Assembly (NCBI RefSeq): GCF_001194135.2
Contig: NC_068987.1
Span: 57,716,935 to 57,771,161 of the forward strand
Source of the DNA: Octopus bimaculoides
Lineage: Eukaryota
Reading direction: 5' to 3'
DNA length: 54,227 bases
Shown: positions 49,860 to 54,227 of the stretch, piece after piece
Layout of the letters: every line of letters starts with the position of its first letter
Position numbering within the stretch: the first letter of the stretch is position 1
Made by a program: the position numbers and the translations under genes
Notes under the pieces: generated by a model
The model's database searches: none
Seen by the model: only the letters and a program-made list of their open reading frames with translations
What the model was told of the DNA's origin: nothing

Positions 49860-50420
49860 AGTGCATGTTTACTATCTGATTTTCCTTTTTGTTATTCGTT
49901 GAAAGCCTTCCAATAGGGATAAACACCACGTATATAGCATGTGGCTTTCCAATCGTCTACTACTAGTATCACTGCCAGTATCTGAATATCATTATTGAGT
50001 ATGAGGACGTCGAATATTATCTCGATGTCTTTTTTGCCTATAATTTTCTCCACTGTAGTACCCGAGCATCTGCTCCCCTGATGAAAATTGTTCTGTCTGC
50101 TGGATAATCCGTTCAATATCTTTATCGTCTTTTATGGCAATTATCAACCATCATATGTATATTTCTGAGAGAACATTATTTGGTTTCGCTTGCCTTTTTC
50201 TTTTGTGGTAAGGAAGTATCAAAACTCGTGATCATTATAGAGACGCGAAAGAAAAAATTCGTACCTGTTTTTCAGAGACAGCCTCACATCTGTTGCTCCG
50301 AAAAGTTTGTCATGTGATAGAAAAACGTTAATTCTTTGATAGGTAACTTTTAGCCTGTAACTTTCAGCCTGTCCAGGTAACTTCCAGCCTGTCCATGTTT
50401 TCAGTTTACTATCTGGATAA
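49860..50420 (-). mobile_element. possible very old non-LTR RT fragment
   Basis: WKLPGQ, QNNFHQGSRCSG and YWKAFN occur in the order expected for WKxPG, EQxGxxxGSRG and DYxKAFD. The match is weak. Confidence 0.25.
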
Positions 50421-51540
50421 GTTTTGTAAATGATGCAACTGTAAGTTACTCTGCATCTGTTAAGATTAAATACTCTCCCAGTTCTAATGACTGTCCAATA
50501 TTTCTGTATTGTCAAAAATGTTTGCCGTTTACAAATATAGCTGAACTATTGTCATTGTGGTGTTGCTGACTTAGCTTATCTATTTTCAGAATGCCCATTT
50601 CCCCTTTCTTAAAATTAAATGCTAACTCTAATTCATTCGATCAAAATTGTTTATCTTAAAATAACAAACTTTTTCTTTTATAAATATGACTAAGTCCCTT
50701 TTAAAATCAAGTTAGTATAAATGAAAAGACTTTAAAAAAACTGTTTTAATATATACATGTTTTTTGGCTTAGATTCAGTTGTCGACTGTTTCCTTAACCT
50801 CCTCTCACGAGTATAAAAACCAGAAGGTATAAGATTCAGTTGAATATTGAACAGACGACTGAAACATCAAGGATCTTACACCAGCACCCACACTGCTCTA
50901 TGTTCCCTAACTTCACCTTTCTATATCTTACACAATTTACCGAAAAGTAAAAAGGTAGACCGAATAATGGCGGTAATTGCTTAATGATCTGAGTAGAATA
51001 AACTGAAGAACAATAAAGTGACTTGATTTAGTTCTATAGCATCAATACATTTACGTTGCTCCTCAGCTATATAAAAAAGTACATTTTGCATTAACTATCT
51101 ATCACCTTGAAAGGTCTGCAATCAAGTGTTATTAATCATTTTAGATGGTACCGCATTCTTCTGAACATCTCTTAGAATATCCTTTTTATGAATATTACCA
51201 GAGGAATTGGGATTTTTATTTTTTTTTATTTTGCTAATGGTAAAGCGAGAAAATATGCTATTATGAATTATTTGATCATTAATCGATGCTTGGCTTAGAG
51301 CAGATATAACAGCAGTCATAATTTTCTGAATTGTTGTGGAAGTAAAAGGTGTTATGAAACGAAATATAGCGGCGTAATTTCTTTTCGTGTGAAACATTTT
51401 ATTGAATAGAGGAAAGATCGAACTAATACGTGAGAATAAACAAGATCATTAGACAATTGGGAAAACTTGAGATTTTAAATAATTCATTTAGTTCTTAGTG
51501 CAAATCCCATAGTAATTTAATTTTAGAAATTGCTTCTGGT

Positions 51541-51720
51541 CTAGCACAAGACCAAAAGTTTTGAAGAAAGTGAAACGATACCAATATTTGACAGGTATTT
51601 ATTTTATCGACCACTGGAGGATGAAAGGCGAAGGCGACGTTATTGATATTTGAACTAAGAATTATAGAGTAGGAATAAATACTACAAACATTTTTCGGGT
51701 GCTCCATTGTTTCAACTAGC
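51541..51720 (-). mobile_element. family B SINE, degenerate
   Basis: GCACAAGACC...TTTATCGACCACTGGAGGATGAAAGGCGAAGGCGAC...ATTTGAACTAAGAA. Confidence 0.65.
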
Positions 51721-52828
51721 TTGTCACCTCAAATATTTCTAATCTAGAAACAACGTCAGCAGTTTTTTTTTTTAAGAAAATGGCTGATTCCTTGCAATAT
51801 ATTCCAGTTCTGGGTTGGTAGGCTATTTTATCAACACAAAAGATGAACAGCAAAAATTATCTCTGTGGGATTTGAACACAGAAAAATAAAGATCCGAAAC
51901 AAGTACCTCAAAAAATTATTCTCCAAAGACTCAACGACTCCGATAATACCGGTTTCTAATTTAGGCGCAATGCCAGTAATTTTGAGAGGAGTAGTTTTAG
52001 TCGATTACATCAACACCGTTCTGCAAGTTCCTTGCCTTTGTTTTTTTCACTCATGCACAAGATCAGCAATTTTTAGAAAAAGGAAGTAGTCGACACCATA
52101 GACCCCAATACTTGATTATTTTATAGAAATTCATCTCCATTAATTAGTGTGTTACTCAGGGTCTTCTTCGAGTTTGTGTAGCAAAGAATACCCAGAAGGA
52201 AATTGATTTTTCTACAGTTAAGTAACAAGTCCATGATTAGAAGGGAAACTTTAATTGTGATAGTTATGCTGCCTAAGCGAATTAAGTGTTAAGTTAGTTA
52301 AAATGACACATCTCTGATTATAAAGTATGTCTCAAACAATTCACATTGTAGTTTCTCTACAATTTTTCAATAATTCTCGAATTGGTGCAGTTTATCTGAA
52401 AATTTGTCTGGTAAAAATATTTATAAAAATCAAAGTTAACGATTTATCAGAAATCTTCCACTTTTACTCTCTGAATTAAGATATGAATGAGATCAGCTTT
52501 TTCTTTCATCCTCTCGGATTCGTTTAATTAAGTAATTTACTATCTTACTCCCCATAAAAGATAATGCCGGATTCGTGCCAAAATCTGAAAGAACAGTTAT
52601 AAAGGAAGTGAGCAACAGAATCGTTAGCAGATCGAATAAAATGTATGTTGTTATTTATTCTGGCTCTTTATGTTTAAATTTCAGTGAGGTCAAATTTGTC
52701 TCTCATAGTTTCAGGGCCGAGAGAATCGATAAAATATACAGTAGTTGAGCACAGAGATCAATGTAATCGAGTTGTTACTCTTCTCGACATTGCTACATTT
52801 GGGCCAATACCAGAAAGAATTATTATTT

Positions 52829-53058
52829 ATTTCTTTATTGCCCATAAGGGGCTAAACACAGAGGGGGAAAACAAGGACAGACAAAGGGATTAAGTCGATT
52901 GCATCGACTCCAGTGCGTAACTGGTACTTATTTAATCGACCTCGAAAGGATGAAAGGCAAAGTCGACCTCGGCGGAATTTGAACTCAGAACGTAGCGGTA
53001 GACGAAATACCGATTTCTTTATTACTCACAAGGGGCAAAACACAGATGGGACAATACA
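52829..53058 (-). mobile_element. family B SINE variant with alternative 3' tail, followed by the start of a second unit
   Basis: A near-consensus central domain. The tail ATTTCTTTATTGCCCATAAGGGGCTAAACACAGAGGGG recurs, diverged, 184 bp later. Confidence 0.8.
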
Positions 53059-53615
53059 CACATGCGGAGACAACACATGATAGAAAGGAACAACGTGTTA
53101 ATTGAGCGATAATTCGAATATAGTTATTTACAATATGTATTTTGAACTCACTTTTCAATTTAAGGTTTTCTTTGATTTTTTTTAAAAATAGGATNNNNNN
53201 NNNNNNNNNNNNNNNNNNNNNNNNNNNNNNNNNNNNNNNNNNNNNNNNNNNNNNNNNNNNNNNNNNNNNNNNNNNNNNNNNNNNNNNNNNNNNNNNNNNN
53301 NNNNNNNNNNNNNNNNNNNNNNNNNNNNNNNNNNNNNNNNNNNNNNNNNNNNNNNNNNNNNNNNNNNNNNNNNNNNNNNNNNNNNNNNNNNNNNNNNNNN
53401 NNNNNNNNNNNNNNNNNNNNNNNNNNNNNNNNNNNNNNNNNNNNNNNNNNNNNNNNNNNNNNNNNNNNNNNNNNNNNNNNNNNNNNNNNNNNNNNNNNNN
53501 NNNNNNNNNNNNNNNNNNNNNNNNNNNNNNNNNNNNNNNNNNNNNNNNNNNNNNNNNNNNNNNNNNNNNNNNNNNNNNNNNNNNNNNNNNNNNNNATATG
53601 TACGGAAAATTCACA

Positions 53616-54227
53616 AAGAAAAAACAAAAGACGAAGACAGGTGGTGTAGACAGCAAACAGATGTATTAGTATAACGCTCGGGAAGTGAAAAAGTCTTTAA
53701 CGTTTCGAGCCTACATTCTTCCACAGAAAGGCCCACAGAAAGAAACAAGGAGAGAAAAAAAGAATTTGTAGTGGCTAGCGATCTATCATGGCGGATGCCG
53801 CACAGAAGGGTCAAACAGGAGAGCTAGGAAGAATGGGAGTTAATAAGGTAGTGGTGATACCAAACAAAGTTGCGCGTGCGAGTGTATAAGAGCGTTCGCA
53901 TGTGCGTGTGGAAGAGGTCTGGTGATCTTGACGTGTGCGCGTGTGTATGTGTAGGTGTGAAAATGTGGGGTTTGGCATGGGTTAGTGCTGGTGTGTGCGT
54001 AGTAGTGTGTTGTGACGTGATGTGTTGTGTGGTATGTTGTAGTGGTATGTGGTGTGGTGTGATAGTGTTGGGAGGTAGGGAAGGTGAGAGTAGGGAAAGC
54101 AAGGGTGGGGTTTGGCTGAGAGTGGGCGTAGTGTGGGGTGTGTGGGTAGGCAGCGGGAGAGAGTAGGGGTGGGATATGTGGGTAAACAGAGTTTGGGGGT
54201 AGAGGTGTGGTATGTGGGAGTGGATGT
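53616..54227 (-). mobile_element. Penelope-like terminal repeat (53616-53765) plus adjoining G-rich low-complexity region running off the window
   Basis: 53616-53765 is the reverse complement of 30302-30490. Assigning the G-rich part to the same element is inference. Confidence 0.5.

Noticed and set aside
50343-50398. Three short imperfect copies of GTAACTTYYAGCCT; also a 36-bp tandem pair at about 44415-44490
   Set aside because: Ordinary small slippage duplications with no further structure.
1-54227. CRISPR arrays, rRNA genes, prokaryotic or viral operons
   Set aside because: No regularly spaced repeat-spacer array, no rRNA-like sequence and no gene-dense region. The content is eukaryotic repeat-rich DNA.

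Overview
This is AT-rich, microsatellite-dense eukaryotic DNA with many N gaps, almost all flanked by (TA)n, (CA)n or (TAA)n. The repeat content resembles an octopus (coleoid cephalopod) assembly; this is an inference from recalled SINE families, not a database result. I find no convincing host protein-coding gene, only a few low-confidence candidate exons on the + strand. Most listed ORFs are microsatellite, gap or transposon artefacts. The window is a transposon landscape. DNA transposons: a full-length dead Tc1 (DD34E, 161-bp TIRs, a 116-bp GT-AG intron in the transposase), two mariner (DD34D) relics, and a 581-bp MITE with perfect 37-bp TIRs, an 8-bp TSD and internal telomere-type (TAACCC)n. 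Non-LTR retrotransposons: a 3.5-kb internally deleted L1/Tx1 LINE, a degraded CR1/Jockey-group LINE, and four 3' fragments of R4/Dong-type elements, each ending in a (TAA)n tract. Other repeats: two Penelope-like terminal repeats with a minimal hammerhead-like motif, and about 20 copies of two tRNA-derived SINE families. The most interesting structure is the SINE - (TAA)n - R4/Dong nesting logic, seen twice (6.9-8.2 kb and 47.4-49.8 kb). A recent 121-bp inverted templated copy also stands out (29.45 kb vs 33.7 kb).
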